In this document: piece by piece, positions 1 to 11,408 of the stretch
Position numbering within the stretch: the stretch's first letter is position 1
Layout: the number at the start of each line of letters is the position of its first letter
DNA from: Catajapyx aquilonaris
Lineage: Eukaryota
Length of the DNA: 45,163 nucleotides
Assembly (NCBI GenBank): GCA_000934665.2
Contig: KZ538836.1
Location: 1 to 45,163, forward strand
Direction of reading: 5' to 3'
Program-made: the position numbers and the translations under genes
The notes under the pieces: model-generated
Told to the model about the DNA's origin: nothing
The model's input: the letters and a program-made list of their open reading frames with translations, nothing else
The model's database searches: none

Positions 1-501
1 CATTTCGCTTTAGTCACGTTTTGCTGCTCCCCCTTGAGGTATAGCAGAAAATACTTCCTGTAGACATTGTGGCGGGCTTTACTCTTGACATTTTGGCGTT
101 TATTAGAAGTCCATCGGTTGAGAATTGTACACAGGAGAGCATTTTCTGTCAGCGAGTGCGCGAGTAGGTGGCGCATGGCGCCTGTAGTACGCCAGATGAG
201 TGAAATATTTGCAAGAATGGCGCCTTTAATGATAGAAGCATGAAATTTGGCACACTTGTAGACAACACCCTAATGGACGTTTTTGGTAGGGTGGCCATAC
301 CAGATTCTTCCTGTAATTAAATTGGCAGCCATTTTTCAAAGTGGCGACTAGGTGTTCTGGAAACGTCTTATTTTTTGTAGTTATTCATGTACAATCATTT
401 ACTTGTGGCCATACGATGACTATTAGAAGTTAAACGTACTTTAGAAGTAAAAAATGAAGCAAATTTAGTACATAATAATCATCATCATATTCATAATTTA
501 T

Positions 502-1397
502 CCTCCTGAGACCCGAGAAGAATTGAGTAACGCAATATCAGTTCCTATTACATTTTCCGAACATTTCCCCAATAAGAAACGAGAAAAAAATTTTAGTTTT
601 AAAATATCGACAAAAATGGTGACAAACAACCAATGAGAACATTGGGATTCATTTGCTGCTACAGAAGCAGAACGGATGAAAGCTGAAAATTGAAATACCC
701 CTTAATGGATCACTCACATAGTGCTCTATCCTCAAAACAATGTTTTTTAACTTCATTTGTGGAATTTGTGGTAGCAATTCCTCTCAGAAGACAATTAAAG
801 ATAAATGAAATTATTTTTTAACCCCAACACTCCAGGCATGGGGCTTTCTCCTTCCCTTCTTACCCGCTAAAGTGGTACCTTGCTATTCTAGATTTTGAAA
901 CTGAACTGCATAGTGAAAAGCGCACTTCCTTGTGGGTGTATAGGTACAGGCACTTAAAGAAAAGTCACACCCATTCAGCTAAAAAAATAAAAATAGGATG
1001 TCCATTCAAATGGACATTTTGTCTCAGGAAGAAAATAAAATTACCAGATCTCTACAACAACAAAGATGGTCACAGACAAATTTTTTTCGTATTTCCTAAT
1101 GCACATTCCTTGCGAATCCCAGGACATTCCCTACATTGACGAAAATCGCACTCTAAATATTAGGAAAAAAATAAAACTTATCAGATGAGCGCCTTGCTTC
1201 AGCAGCGGCATCCGCCATTTTTTCCGCGATTTAATTTGCGCGGCCCAAGTCAGATATTCGACACTAGGTGGCTACAGCTATTGAGGCCAGATTGTAATCA
1301 TGGGATACCAACAAATTACAGTTCTGTTTGCATCACTAGTTGGCGCCAAAAAAACTTTTCCAGATGTCCATTTAAATGGACATTTGGTCTCAGGAGG
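502..1397. mobile_element. Non-autonomous piggyBac-like DNA element (MITE)
   Basis: 12-bp TIR CCTCCTGAGACC (502-513) / GGTCTCAGGAGG (1386-1397). Flanks TTAT/ATAT resemble decayed TTAA. Subterminal palindrome ATGTCCATTTAAATGGACAT (1364-1383); a second copy of the right end lies at 998-1030. No ORF. Confidence 0.55.
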
Positions 1398-1500
1398 ATA
1401 TTGTAGCACACTAGGCCTTATCTAATTCTGTTGTTGTAAAATTTTATGGTAGCTATCATTCGCAGCCTTTTCCCAATTGCCATTGCCCATCGGGGTAACG

Positions 1501-1525
1501 AATAAATAAATAAATAAATAAATAC
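1501..1525 (+). repeat. (AATA)n tract, probable 3' tail of a retroposon
   Basis: Tandem AATA directly after GGGGTAACG; the same layout occurs in the TSD-flanked insertion at 30707-30915. Confidence 0.5.
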
Positions 1526-3046
1526 ATTAAATGTCATTTTATTGGGGTAGTCGAGTGTCCACCTAAGTAGATCCCATATTTAAGCAGCTGATGTGGGGTG
1601 GGGGGTGACGTGTTGGCCTCTGTCGGCGTCGGGAATCATTTACCTCCGACAGTCGTCCCGCGGGCTTGTGGAACATCGATGGCCACGCAATATGCGCATA
1701 TCACATTTAACTTTAGAGATGAGGTTTGCGCGTAATAATTGCGTAATTATTTCGCGTGAATGGCTAAGTTGGTACCCCTGACGTTCTAAGGTATTGCAGC
1801 TGGAAGTTGCAGCCAGAATCACTCCGGTGAATCTGGTGAGTGTATGTTTCGACTTCTTCGGCTGCAGGCCACAATCATGTACGCCGGATGACTTGAGGTG
1901 ACCTTCATTAGACGGGAAGGTTGTGGTTAGAGGCGCCACCGGATGTGGGGATGAGTAATGTGCATAATGGTTGATTGGCAGAGGAAGCTCAGTCACAAAG
2001 TCTTGGCTAATAATAATTACCTTATGCTTATGGTGCAGCTTTCATTAGCTGCATAGAAATTACTCAAGAAGAATTAATTACGAAAACACGTAAGCACGTG
2101 TAGGGCATTATTTCAGTTTCACCTGAGGTGGACCTTGATCGTTCTTCCCCCAAGGTCTTCAAGTATGTTTTCTTAAAGTGGGCCAATGAAGGAATCACAA
2201 TGTGTGGGGCTTTCTCAGTGTTGGGCATTTATGTAAGTTACCCCATGGTCTTCCGAAGCGCGGGGCCTGGGGAAAATATTCGAAACAGTTATATTCACTG
2301 CGATAAACGACATATTTCGTGGTATGTGGTGTTTTGTGCGCGTACAAAATTCCACGGAGTAGATATTGTTGAGATAAAAAAAATATGTGGAAAAGGGGCT
2401 TGATGTGACCCAACAGCATTCCTAAGCGGAATGTAACATTTTATGCGGTCTTTATGTTTCATTATTAACACTTTTAAGTGTCTTGTTTGATACCCATGTT
2501 GAATGTGGATATGACTCCTCGCTTTATTATTTATTTTTTTCAGAATTGGTGAGGATCGAAGCAGTTTTGTGGTGTCACAGGCCTGACTTTGCTTGTATAC
2601 GGAACCCTGTCGTAAATTCACGGAGGTCAGAAAGGGTCAGTTGCAATAATTTTTAACCGGACGAAAATGTCTGGCGCCCTGTGGAAAAAGGAAAAAAAGG
2701 CGCTTCCCGAGGAGTAAACATGATTTCAAAAACAACTGGTCTAAAAACCATTGACACCTAATACTAAATAGTCTTAATTGACTAGCCACTAGCTTGACTT
2801 AAAAAAGTCTCTTATTGGCCAGCTGTATAAGCCATGCAAAAGGGCTTTACCCCGAAGGAAATGATCCCGAAGGACATGCTATCAGGCTACTTGCACTGCA
2901 AATGATTTCAAGCCTTTGACGCGTTTCGCATATCACTTTATTGCCAACTAAAACGTGATAATGTTGCGTAAGCGCATAATCAAACTTCCGTTGACATTGC
3001 GGTTCGTTTCGTAGTCCCGGCCACATCCGAGCTAGATATTGTATCA

Positions 3047-4362
3047 CTACACGACGTCCGTCTTAGGTCCATCATCCCCTTTCTGAAAATAATAATAGGA
3101 TCAGAGTCACGAAAAGTTGAGCAGTACTGTTATCACAACGTGGGCCAATATTTATGACCTTAGTGAGGGGAAAAAAATACTGACCACTTTGGACGCCCTC
3201 TGAGTCTTCACGACCTTCTTGAGATCTTCAGCTGCGAAGGACAAGGTTCCTTCCAGAAGTCTTCTGTGGGTCTGGAGTAGCTTGATCCTGTAGAGGTGGG
3301 CCTGGTCCTTGTGTTTCTGCCTCTGCTGGCTGTACGAGTCCCAGAATCGCTGCATGATTGGCTTGACAGTCCTCAGCAGGGCCATGGACAGGTCGTGCTC
3401 CAGGTTGAGACGGAGGGCCGGCTGCTTGCTGTACACTTTCTCGTCGTCGAGGGACATGTCCAACTTCACCTCGTTCAGGACACTCCACATATCATACGCG
3501 CAATTGATCCCCCCGGCGCTCAGGATCGTCTCTATCTTTTGGATGGCCTGCGTATAATATTATATTAGGATTTTAATTAGACCGCAATTGTTGCATGCAC
3601 ACGCACCATTATTGGGTCTTCGCTGATCCGCTGTGCCACTGCCGTCAACATGCCGCCTAAACGCAAGTCCATGTCTTCAATGAACTTTTCGATCAGACAA
3701 CGCTGCTCATTCTGCACGTCAAGCATTAGGTCCGCTTGCGCCTTGTGAAGTCTGTTCAAGAACGACGATCGGAGGTTCTGCAAAATAAAGACGTGCAATA
3801 ATCGCAAGGAATGTGCATGTTACAATGCATGCCATACCTCAATAATGGTTTTGTATTCAGCCTTCTGGTCCATAATCAGCTTCAGTCGCACGGACAAGTT
3901 GTCCAGAACCCCTGTGAAGATTGGAATTGCGCCCGATAGACGCGCAAACATGCCTGCAGGATCCCCACCCTGTAACGAGACAATTCATTAAAAAATTATT
4001 CGTTATACTGATGGTTAAAGTTTGAGTACTAACCTCTTTGTTTTCCTTAGTGCGCTGGATTTTCTGGAAGTTCTTGATGTTCCTTAGATGGCTCTGGAGA
4101 CATGCGTTCAAATGGTTCACGACTATCTCATGCTCGTTCCAGGCCATTTCCAGGTGACTCTCCTCCACTGCATCGCTCACGCTGTTCTCCTGGTTCGTAA
4201 CCTTATCTATCATCACCATCAGGGCTTTCTAATTGCGCAAAAAAATATATTAATAACAATAAATTGAAATAAACAAATTTTAAAAAAATTGACCTGAACT
4301 TCCTCGCCGACTTCCTCGACTTTATTCAGCGAGTTGAAGTATTCCGACACGATCATATTCAT
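3047..4362 (-). CDS. Uncharacterised six-exon gene, ~321-aa predicted alpha-helical/coiled-coil protein
   Basis: Exons 4362-4294, 4228-4034, 3969-3838, 3777-3607, 3547-3185, 3082-3047 join via canonical GT-AG introns (all phase 0) into a 966-nt ORF, MNMIVSEYF...PKTDVV*. No recognisable family motif. Confidence 0.75.
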
Positions 4363-4769
4363 CTTGGAATTTTTGATGCTGAGCGACTCGGATCCGACGA
4401 TAAATTTAAATCATTAAGTGCTAATAAAAATGGTCCTTGTGTCAACTAGAACTTTGGAATGATAATGACGAGACCCCACAACAAAAACAAGTAGTCAATG
4501 ACAACCCGGTGTTGTTGCCCAGATTCCAAACTAATTGTTGATGATTATGGCGCATTGTTGACACTTTGGCTGCGGTCTTATGCAGTTGAATCCGGATGTA
4601 ACAGCCTCGGTTATATCAGACTCGAAATGCCGATCCCGCCCGCCATACTTCCATAAGGCTCTGTGTATTTTTACGCCTTATAGCTATTACAATGTTGGAA
4701 TACCAGTAAAATGGAGCATTTTGCATGTGCATGATGTCCAAACAACACACTTTCATTTTACTGTGCTTT

Positions 4770-4950
4770 TTGGGATAGGATAGGGACGGAAGGAAGCGGC
4801 TGTGGCCTATTAATTACGGAAGCAACTCCGGAATTTTCCTGGAAGGACCGTGGGAAACCACAGAAAACCACGGTCAGAGTTGCCGGCCCCGGGATTCGAA
4901 CCCAGGACCTCTCGATTAGCAGTCGGACACCATATCTCCTACTCCAAATT
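4770..4950 (-). mobile_element. tRNA-derived SINE
   Basis: Minus strand shows A-box-like TGGAGTAGGAG, an anticodon-arm remnant and B box GGTTCGAATCC, followed by a body (CGTGGTTTTC...TCCAGGAAAATTCCGG...AGGCCACAGCCGCTTCCTTCC) resembling arthropod SINE central domains. Confidence 0.7.
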
Positions 4951-5369
4951 GCTTCGGTGTAAGAATAATAGCGTTGGACAAATGCCTGACGCGAGTGTCA
5001 AACATGCGAAATGCAACCTCCATCTTGATATGCCGCGTATGTCCAATCGCGTATCTCTCCCTCTCTTCTCTTTCGATCTCTCCTCCAATAATCCCCCGAT
5101 AAGAGAGAGAGGAGAGAGAAAGAGGGATTCAATATGGCCTTCGTAGGCAAAGCAAGGGCGAACCCTTGCTCCAATCTGTTGAACGCGTTGAAGGACACCT
5201 GTTAGAATCATTCTTCATTTGAATGACAATATTATTAGAGTGGCTGGACTGCAGCCATTTCGATCCAACTCCCCTGCATTGCCAAGTTTCCGTGATCTGC
5301 TCCAATCTAAAGAAACGAGTCATTGTGCCATGCGGGCTTTGCTTAGTCAGGACAACCTTGAACAGGTCC

Positions 5370-5950
5370 TTTGAAAGTGGTACCCATCATCTCCATGCAC
5401 ACAAATCAGTGGATACTGAAGGGCGTCATATGATCTGTGGGTCTCGGGAATTCTCTGGAGACTGTTGTCGCGAAGCTTCAACACAATATCCCTCTTACCA
5501 TGCTCCTGACCACTCATGATGACAGCAATCTCGTCATTGCAAGAAGGTTGATTGAATCGACCACGATGCTCACCTTGTGGTAGCTTGTCTGGATCTATAA
5601 CCAACTCAAATTCCAGAGAAGGACTCTCAAATTGTGCAAGTTTGAAGCTTTTGACGTAGAGTGGAATGAATCATCTCCTGAAGTTGCAGTATGATGTCCA
5701 TGCGTGTGCCGTTTAAGTAGGTGCAATGGTATCCTGCCTGCTGTTGCATGTTCCCCACGAAGTAAAGTTGCAGAAACCGTGGACTCTCATTTCCTGAGGG
5801 AAGGAGTGATCCCATGCGATGGTAAATTCGCCCTTGCATTTTGATTGTAGGCATGAAGCCCCCTTCTCTTACAACGTTGGTCCCAAAAGATGTCATCTGG
5901 AAGGCCGAATTGTAATTTCTGGTGGTCTTCAGGAAATGTTTTGAATTATT
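5370..5950 (-). mobile_element. Helitron RepHel fragment (N-terminal part of Rep region), frameshifted relic
   Basis: Translations RNYNSAFQMTSFG...GFMPTIKMQGRIYHRMGSLLP...PRFLQLYFVG and GEHRGRFNQP...EIAVIM...RDIVL...LQRIPETHRSYDALQYPLICVHGDDGYH are hallmark Helitron motifs, in two different frames. Confidence 0.9.
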
Positions 5951-6045
5951 AGGCGATGTACCTCAGCCAGTAGTTCTATCACGGCGTGTGGATCCCCAAA
6001 ATGGGGGACATCCACATCCACAGCGCGGTGCATTCGTCATGCGGT

Positions 6046-6389
6046 TTGTCCCCCAGCGATGGCCTCCCACATACCCAACGTCCGTGGCATTTTGCGTCGC
6101 GCGTCCCGGATGTCCAGACCGTTCAAGGTCAACTGGAAATACCCGTGCCTCGCCCTTCCAATTAACCTTGGTCACTTACCCAAACCTGTTTCTCCGGTTA
6201 TGTTGGTTCAAGGTCAATCCCCGCGTGCCTCGCCCTTCTAATAACCGGTTTTGGGTAAGTGACCAAGGTTAATTGGAAGGGCGAGGCACGGGTATTTCCA
6301 ATTGACCTTGAATTGTCTAGACACTAGCGTCGCGCGACGCAAAAGGCAACGGAGGGTGGGTGTGTGGGAGGCCATCGCTGGGGGACAAA
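6046..6389. repeat. Long imperfect inverted repeat (~145-bp arms), foldback structure abutting the Helitron fragment
   Basis: 6046-6190 is the reverse complement of 6243-6389; both strands translate to near-identical peptides (...FKVNWKYPCLALPINLGHLPK). The ~50-bp spacer carries a partial third copy. Confidence 0.85.
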
Positions 6390-6639
6390 TTTTGTCGCTG
6401 GCTTGACCTTGGGAGTCGCCCCCCACCAATCGCTCGCCCGCCTGCCCTCATGCCCCGCCCATTATTGTGGGTGTGGCTAATATATTTATGCATAAAGCGT
6501 TTACATGTGCAGTTGATCAGTTCACCAATCATATACGAGTTTCATATAAGTTGACCAATCAGTGACTGACACGCATGGGCAGTTTGGAACACGAGGTGAC
6601 TAGCACGTGCAAACAAACTTTAGGTGCCAGTAGGCCCAC

Positions 6640-6875
6640 TTTTATACTACTCGTCTGTCTGTCTGTGGACATGTATCAGGGCCTAAACCGCAAGAGATAG
6701 CGACAAACTGTTTTCGGATTCGGACTCAGCGGACCTTAAGAAGGTTTCATGGTCAACTTCCGGTGACCGGCCACTTCCTGTTTTACGGATTCACTCTATC
6801 CGCCAAGGTCAAGTCTACACGATTTAGAAATTACTACCGCATTACCTCTCATATATTGCGGCATGCCGGTATAAG
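6640..6875 (+). mobile_element. Possible non-autonomous Helitron/Helentron-associated (DINE-1/HINE-like) element
   Basis: Starts TTATAC followed by a (GTCT)n microsatellite and ends GTATAA; the layout resembles HINE elements. Pattern recognition only. Confidence 0.4.
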
Positions 6876-7148
6876 GCGAGGTTTTCATATAAGTTACATT
6901 ATATCATTTCCGAACTTGACATTTGCCTAAAAAGCAAAATTGACGTAAAGGCTATCAAAATGAGAGGTAATACTAGTAGCGGATTTGGCAACACTGCTTG
7001 CCCCCCCCCACTTGGGCGTAGTACAATATGCCACTACCAGTTGGCGCCTGCTCCATATCTCTTCACACCACTGCCGTGCATAGTGGGAAAGTAGCAGCCT
7101 ACTACATGCACGTTGGTGATGAGTCACCGCCCATGCAGAGCCCACCAG

Positions 7149-7420
7149 TAGGGCTGTGCGATATCCGAAATTACATATCGACTTTCGATACTTAAAAATG
7201 TCGAATCGAAGTCGATATATCGAAAATCGAAAAATCGGCATCGAAAAATCGGCATCGATAAATATCGAAAACCGACATCGAAAAATCGACATCGAAAAAT
7301 ATCGAAAACCGACATCGAAAAATCGCGATATTCGATACATCGAACATGCCAAGCGTCGGATATCGCAACTTCGATATTAGGAAAATATCGTATCGACAGT
7401 CGATATATCGCACAGCCCTA
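7149..7420. mobile_element. hAT-family MITE, 272 bp
   Basis: Perfect TIR TAGGGCTGTGCGATAT / ATATCGCACAGCCCTA; perfect 8-bp TSD CCCACCAG (7141-7148, 7421-7428); interior packed with ATCGA/TCGAAAA repeats. Confidence 0.95.
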
Positions 7421-7440
7421 CCCACCAGGTTCCTATATAA

Positions 7441-7647
7441 CCAGCGCGTGCCCCGGCTCCCATTGAAGTGGGTCCCACTCTCTCTGACCGTTTGTTGAAC
7501 CTCGGTCGCTTTTCCCGTTCAACAAAGGGGGACACGGGAGGGCAGAGCGGCAGACAAAGAGAAAAGAGGACATAGCGGTCCATGTAGCGGTCAGAGCGGG
7601 TCAGAGAGAGTGGGACGCACTTCAACCGGAAGTGACGCACGCGCTGG
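7441..7647. mobile_element. MITE-like inverted-repeat element upstream of AGA
   Basis: CCAGCGCGTGC...TTGAAGTGGGTCCCACTCTCTCTGACC mirrored by GGTCAGAGAGAGTGGGACGCACTTCAA...GCACGCGCTGG; no clear TSD. Confidence 0.65.
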
Positions 7648-7824
7648 CCGCTAGGTGTACTTCAAGAAATTATTGCTGCCGAGTTATGGCAGCACCATGC
7701 AGGGAACGAAGCGGTGGCGCTTTAAACTACTTAAACTATCGTATCTCGCCGGTTTTAATCAGATACGGTATCAGCTGGCCTCGTGCTCTTTATTTTATTT
7801 TTAATCTGATCCTGGGCTGCAACA

Positions 7825-9184
7825 ATGGTGTCTTCCTCTGCACTGTTGGGCTCTCCCCGGTTCTGGATGGGACTGGGATCCGTGCTGGGCCTGGCAGGAC
7901 TAGCCGGTATGCTGCTGGTGGCCACCAACCACCGACAAAGGCCGTTCAACACTCCGCAGCATCTCAATGGACCAACATCCAGGTTGATGCACAGGGCAGC
8001 ACCTTTTCCACTAGTAGTCAACACCTGGGCTTTTAACAAAGCAACGGACAAAGGTATTGCAACATACAAAAATTTGAATCGCTGTTACGCTGTTACGATA
8101 TTAATTATTGCAGCTCGCATGTCGTTGCTGGCCGGCGGTAGTCCGGTAGATGCGGTTGAAGAAGGTTGTCGCCTCTGCGAACTGCGAGAGTGTGCAGACT
8201 CCATAGGGTACGGAGGACATCCGGATGAGCACGGGGAGGTCACGCTCGATGCAATGATTATGGACGGGTCGGTACCTTTCCCTTGGTGTATCTGCCGTCA
8301 TTACAAACATTGCATTACAGCGAAACCCATCGTGCTGGGTCCGTCGGATGTTTGCGGCAGATCAAACATGCCGTGTCGGTCGCTCGTGCCGTGATGGACC
8401 ACTCGGAGCTGACCTTGTTGGTTGGGGAGTTGGCGACTGACTTTGCAGTTGAGATGGGTTTCCCGAGAGAGAATCTGAGCACTGATACCACGGTTAAGGA
8501 ATGGGAGAAGTGGAAGCTGAACGGATGCCAGCCCAACTATTGGAGAGACGTGAATCCCAACCCGAAGTCACACTGCGGGCCGTACGCCCCAACGGACATC
8601 ACGAAAACGACGAGGCCATCCAACGACAGAGTTGGGGAGGACAACCACGACACAATCGGCATCATCGCAGTGGATGGACAAGGAAAGATGGCAGTCGCCA
8701 CCTCGACAAACGGACTCCAGTTCAAAATATCAGGGTAAGGCTGCTGCATCAAAATGATTTAACTTGAAAAGTGTTTACACGTATGTCCCTAGGCGTGTTG
8801 GCGACTCCCCAATAATAGGTTCTGGCGGATATGTCGATAAGGAAGTCGGTGCGGCTGCTGGGACAGGCGATGGTGATGTCCTCATGCGATTCCTGCCCAG
8901 GTCAGTTTCATCCCGGCATACAGATATGTCGTCTAATGACTCTATTCCGCAGCCTCGTGACAGTTGAGCAGATGCGATTGGGTAAGACTCCAACCGAAGC
9001 GGCGCAGGTGGCCATGAAGCGGATAGAGAAGTACTACCCAGATTTTTCCGGGGCTGTGGTGGCGGTGGACGTACACGGGAGGTACGGAGCTGCCTGCCAC
9101 GGGATGGATTCCTTCCCATTCTGCGTGTGGAGCCCTGCTATCGAAGCTGGACAAATACAGGTGCTCAATGTCACTTGCGTTTAG
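7825..9184 (+). CDS. AGA: N(4)-(beta-N-acetylglucosaminyl)-L-asparaginase (aspartylglucosaminidase), ~378 aa
   Basis: Exons 7825-8053, 8114-8267, 8321-8734, 8793-8900, 8953-9184 (1137 nt). Motifs [39 protein letters not shown] (autocleavage D/T nucleophile), [18 protein letters not shown]. Confidence 0.96.
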
Positions 9185-9586
9185 CGAGGTTTCACTGTAT
9201 TGGTACATATTGTAATGCATGATATTATTTCTGTAAAACGTTGGGGAAATTATGTAGTTGGGTTAATGGTGTATATTTTATGTACTGTTTGGTACTCTTC
9301 AAACACACACGTTTGTGTCCTTTGCATTTTGTCTAGTCCAATGTATTACAGTTCTTACTTTGACCGTCACATTTACTTGCCGAATATGAGACAATGCTGT
9401 TGTAATGATGCTGCTCTAGTGGACCAATGATTCACTTGTGATATGAGTGTGATTGTTACTACTCGTACCTGATTTTTGGATGGAAATAAAATCACAACAT
9501 ACGTTTCCATCATTGAGAACATTAACAGTAAAATATTTATTTCAGTACCAGTACTAGAAATTGGACAATGCGATTTAATAAATTTA

Positions 9587-9675
9587 GGCCCAGTTGCACA
9601 ACCGATACATGAAAAACCATCCTGTGAAGGCGCATATTAATGCCTTTCATTCAGCGTCAACAATGCAACTGGGCC
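9587..9675. mobile_element. PIF/Harbinger-type miniature element, 89 bp
   Basis: TIR GGCCCAGTTGCA / TGCAACTGGGCC with TTA duplicated on both sides (9584-9586, 9676-9678). Confidence 0.8.
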
Positions 9676-10250
9676 TTAATTGAATCGACACATCAAATCC
9701 ACACGCAGCATTTTGCCGCCGCGTATGAAAATCAGAATGCTACCAAAAGCGGTGGTTCAAAGTTGTTACTTCAGAATGCAGCCATAACCAGAGATCTTAC
9801 GCTCGTGCATCGCTTCCATCGCTGGGCCTGAAAAGCAAACTTAGTGTCAGCGGCTAACTCTCATCATATAACGACCGTACACTTACTCCGTACTTATCAG
9901 CGTCGTACAGCTGTTGACCTGTGACGTACACGCTTGTCGGAAATGCTGCAATGAACCCAACAATGTTATACCTACCAATGCAATGCAGCAATTATGTAAC
10001 TTCACTTACCTCCAGTACTTGCAATAATGTCAGAAAAATGTAATTACAAAATGTATGTCACGTTTCCATTACTAATCAATGACGTGTGAGTGATTCAACC
10101 GCTTGTCGCCAGGTGGCAGGATAGGTCAACGCTACAGTGGCGCCAATTTGCATTCTAGTGGCGATTATTCCAACTACTTCAGCTAAAAATTTGATTCGTA
10201 AATTTTTTTTTGCGAACTGGTTGTCAAATTTTTATTATTTTTGCATGTAT

Positions 10251-10540
10251 TCCACTCATTGCAGTGCATTGTTAATGGCATAATTATATTATTAATGATT
10301 ATCCCAAGTGCAGTATGTACAATAATTTTATTCCCAAAAGCTGAGAAAAACTGTTTAATAATCACAACATCTCTTGCACCCGGCATACGGATACAAATCA
10401 AGACGACATTCGTAGTATACAGTATTTATTATCTCTGCATTGTTTCCACTCAGAGCAGTGCGTTGTTAATTAATTGTATAATTATCCCAAGCGCAGTATG
10501 TACACAATAATTTTATTTCCCAAAAGCTGAAGAAACAAAA
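10251..10540. repeat. ~100-bp direct duplication in the CHMP2A 3' region
   Basis: TTCCACTCA..GCAGTGC.TTGTTAAT...ATTATCCCAAG.GCAGTATGTACA..ATAATTTTATT.CCCAAAAGCTGA at 10251-10350 and 10444-10540; each copy has AATAAA on the minus strand. Confidence 0.8.
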
Positions 10541-10560
10541 CCCGGGGGGGGGGGGCTTTT

Positions 10561-11408
10561 TCATTCCCGTCGCAGATTATCCAGTCTTGCTTGCAAGTCA
10601 GCGTCTGTATCGTTTACTCCGCCGCCGCCGCCTTCAGCTCCTCCGCCACCTCCGCCGGTTCCACCACCGGCACCTCCGCCGCCTCCAACCGCAGCCGCAA
10701 CCGGCTGCCTTGCGCTTGAACCTGGTAAGCTCCCGGCGGTCGGCAAATCCTGCAATTTGTCCTTCAGGTCCAGCCCCAGTTCGTCCAGTACTTGCGACAC
10801 AATCGCATCACTGCAATACAGTATGTTACAGTTAATCTGTACATCCACGGTTTGTACAGCTACGTACCTTTCCTCCTCATCGTCCTCGTCGCCCATTGCG
10901 TCGTCAATAGCGTCGTTCATCATCTCCTCCTTCATATCCATGATCTCGCTCTGCTTCTCAAACTCCTGCAGGATCTTCTGAATCTGAGGCAGCTTCAGTT
11001 GCTTGTTCATGTTCTGCATCGCCTTCGTAACCCCCTTCATCGCCTGTGCCATCGCGTTTTGCGACCGGAGCGTCTGGATCTTAAGCGCAACGGCCTGAAT
11101 ATTCGCCTTCATCAGCATGAACTTCTTCACATACCTGAAGGCGGAATAATTAGCGTAATTGTAATCATGCAGCGTGCGTATACCTTTTACCTTCTGGTTC
11201 TAACGAGATCCTTCGCCATTATTTTGACAGCATCCATCTGCCCTTCCTTTGCCATCTTCTTGATGTCCAGTATGATCTTCTTCTCCGACTGCTCCATCCT
11301 CGCTCTCTCGCGGTCCAGGTCCCGCATGGCCTTGTTCAGCGCACGCTGGTTCTTCCGCAGCATCTCCTCCGGGGTCATCCGACGACCAAACAGCCATTCC
11401 AGAGGCAT
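10561..11408 (-). CDS. CHMP2A: Charged multivesicular body protein 2A (ESCRT-III Vps2), ~244 aa
   Basis: Exons 11408-11191, 11134-10868, 10810-10561 (735 nt). Sequence LFGRRMTPEEMLRKNQRALNKAMRDLDRER...AVKIMAKDLVRTRRYVKKFMLMKANIQAV, with C-terminal MIM1 DADLQARLDNLRRE. Confidence 0.97.

Noticed and set aside
6059..6429. Pair of near-identical short ORFs on opposite strands
   Set aside because: By-product of the inverted repeat, as is the similar ORF pair at 43701-44280.
6927..7425. Repetitive ORFs and a CRISPR-like look of ATCGA repeats
   Set aside because: Interior of a hAT MITE with TIR and TSD; no constant repeat/unique spacer structure, and the context is eukaryotic.
8054..8113. In-frame read-through in ORF-track translations of AGA (and of CHMP2A at 10811-10867) as protein insertions
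   Set aside because: These are short 3n introns with canonical GT-AG ends; removing them restores conserved sequence.
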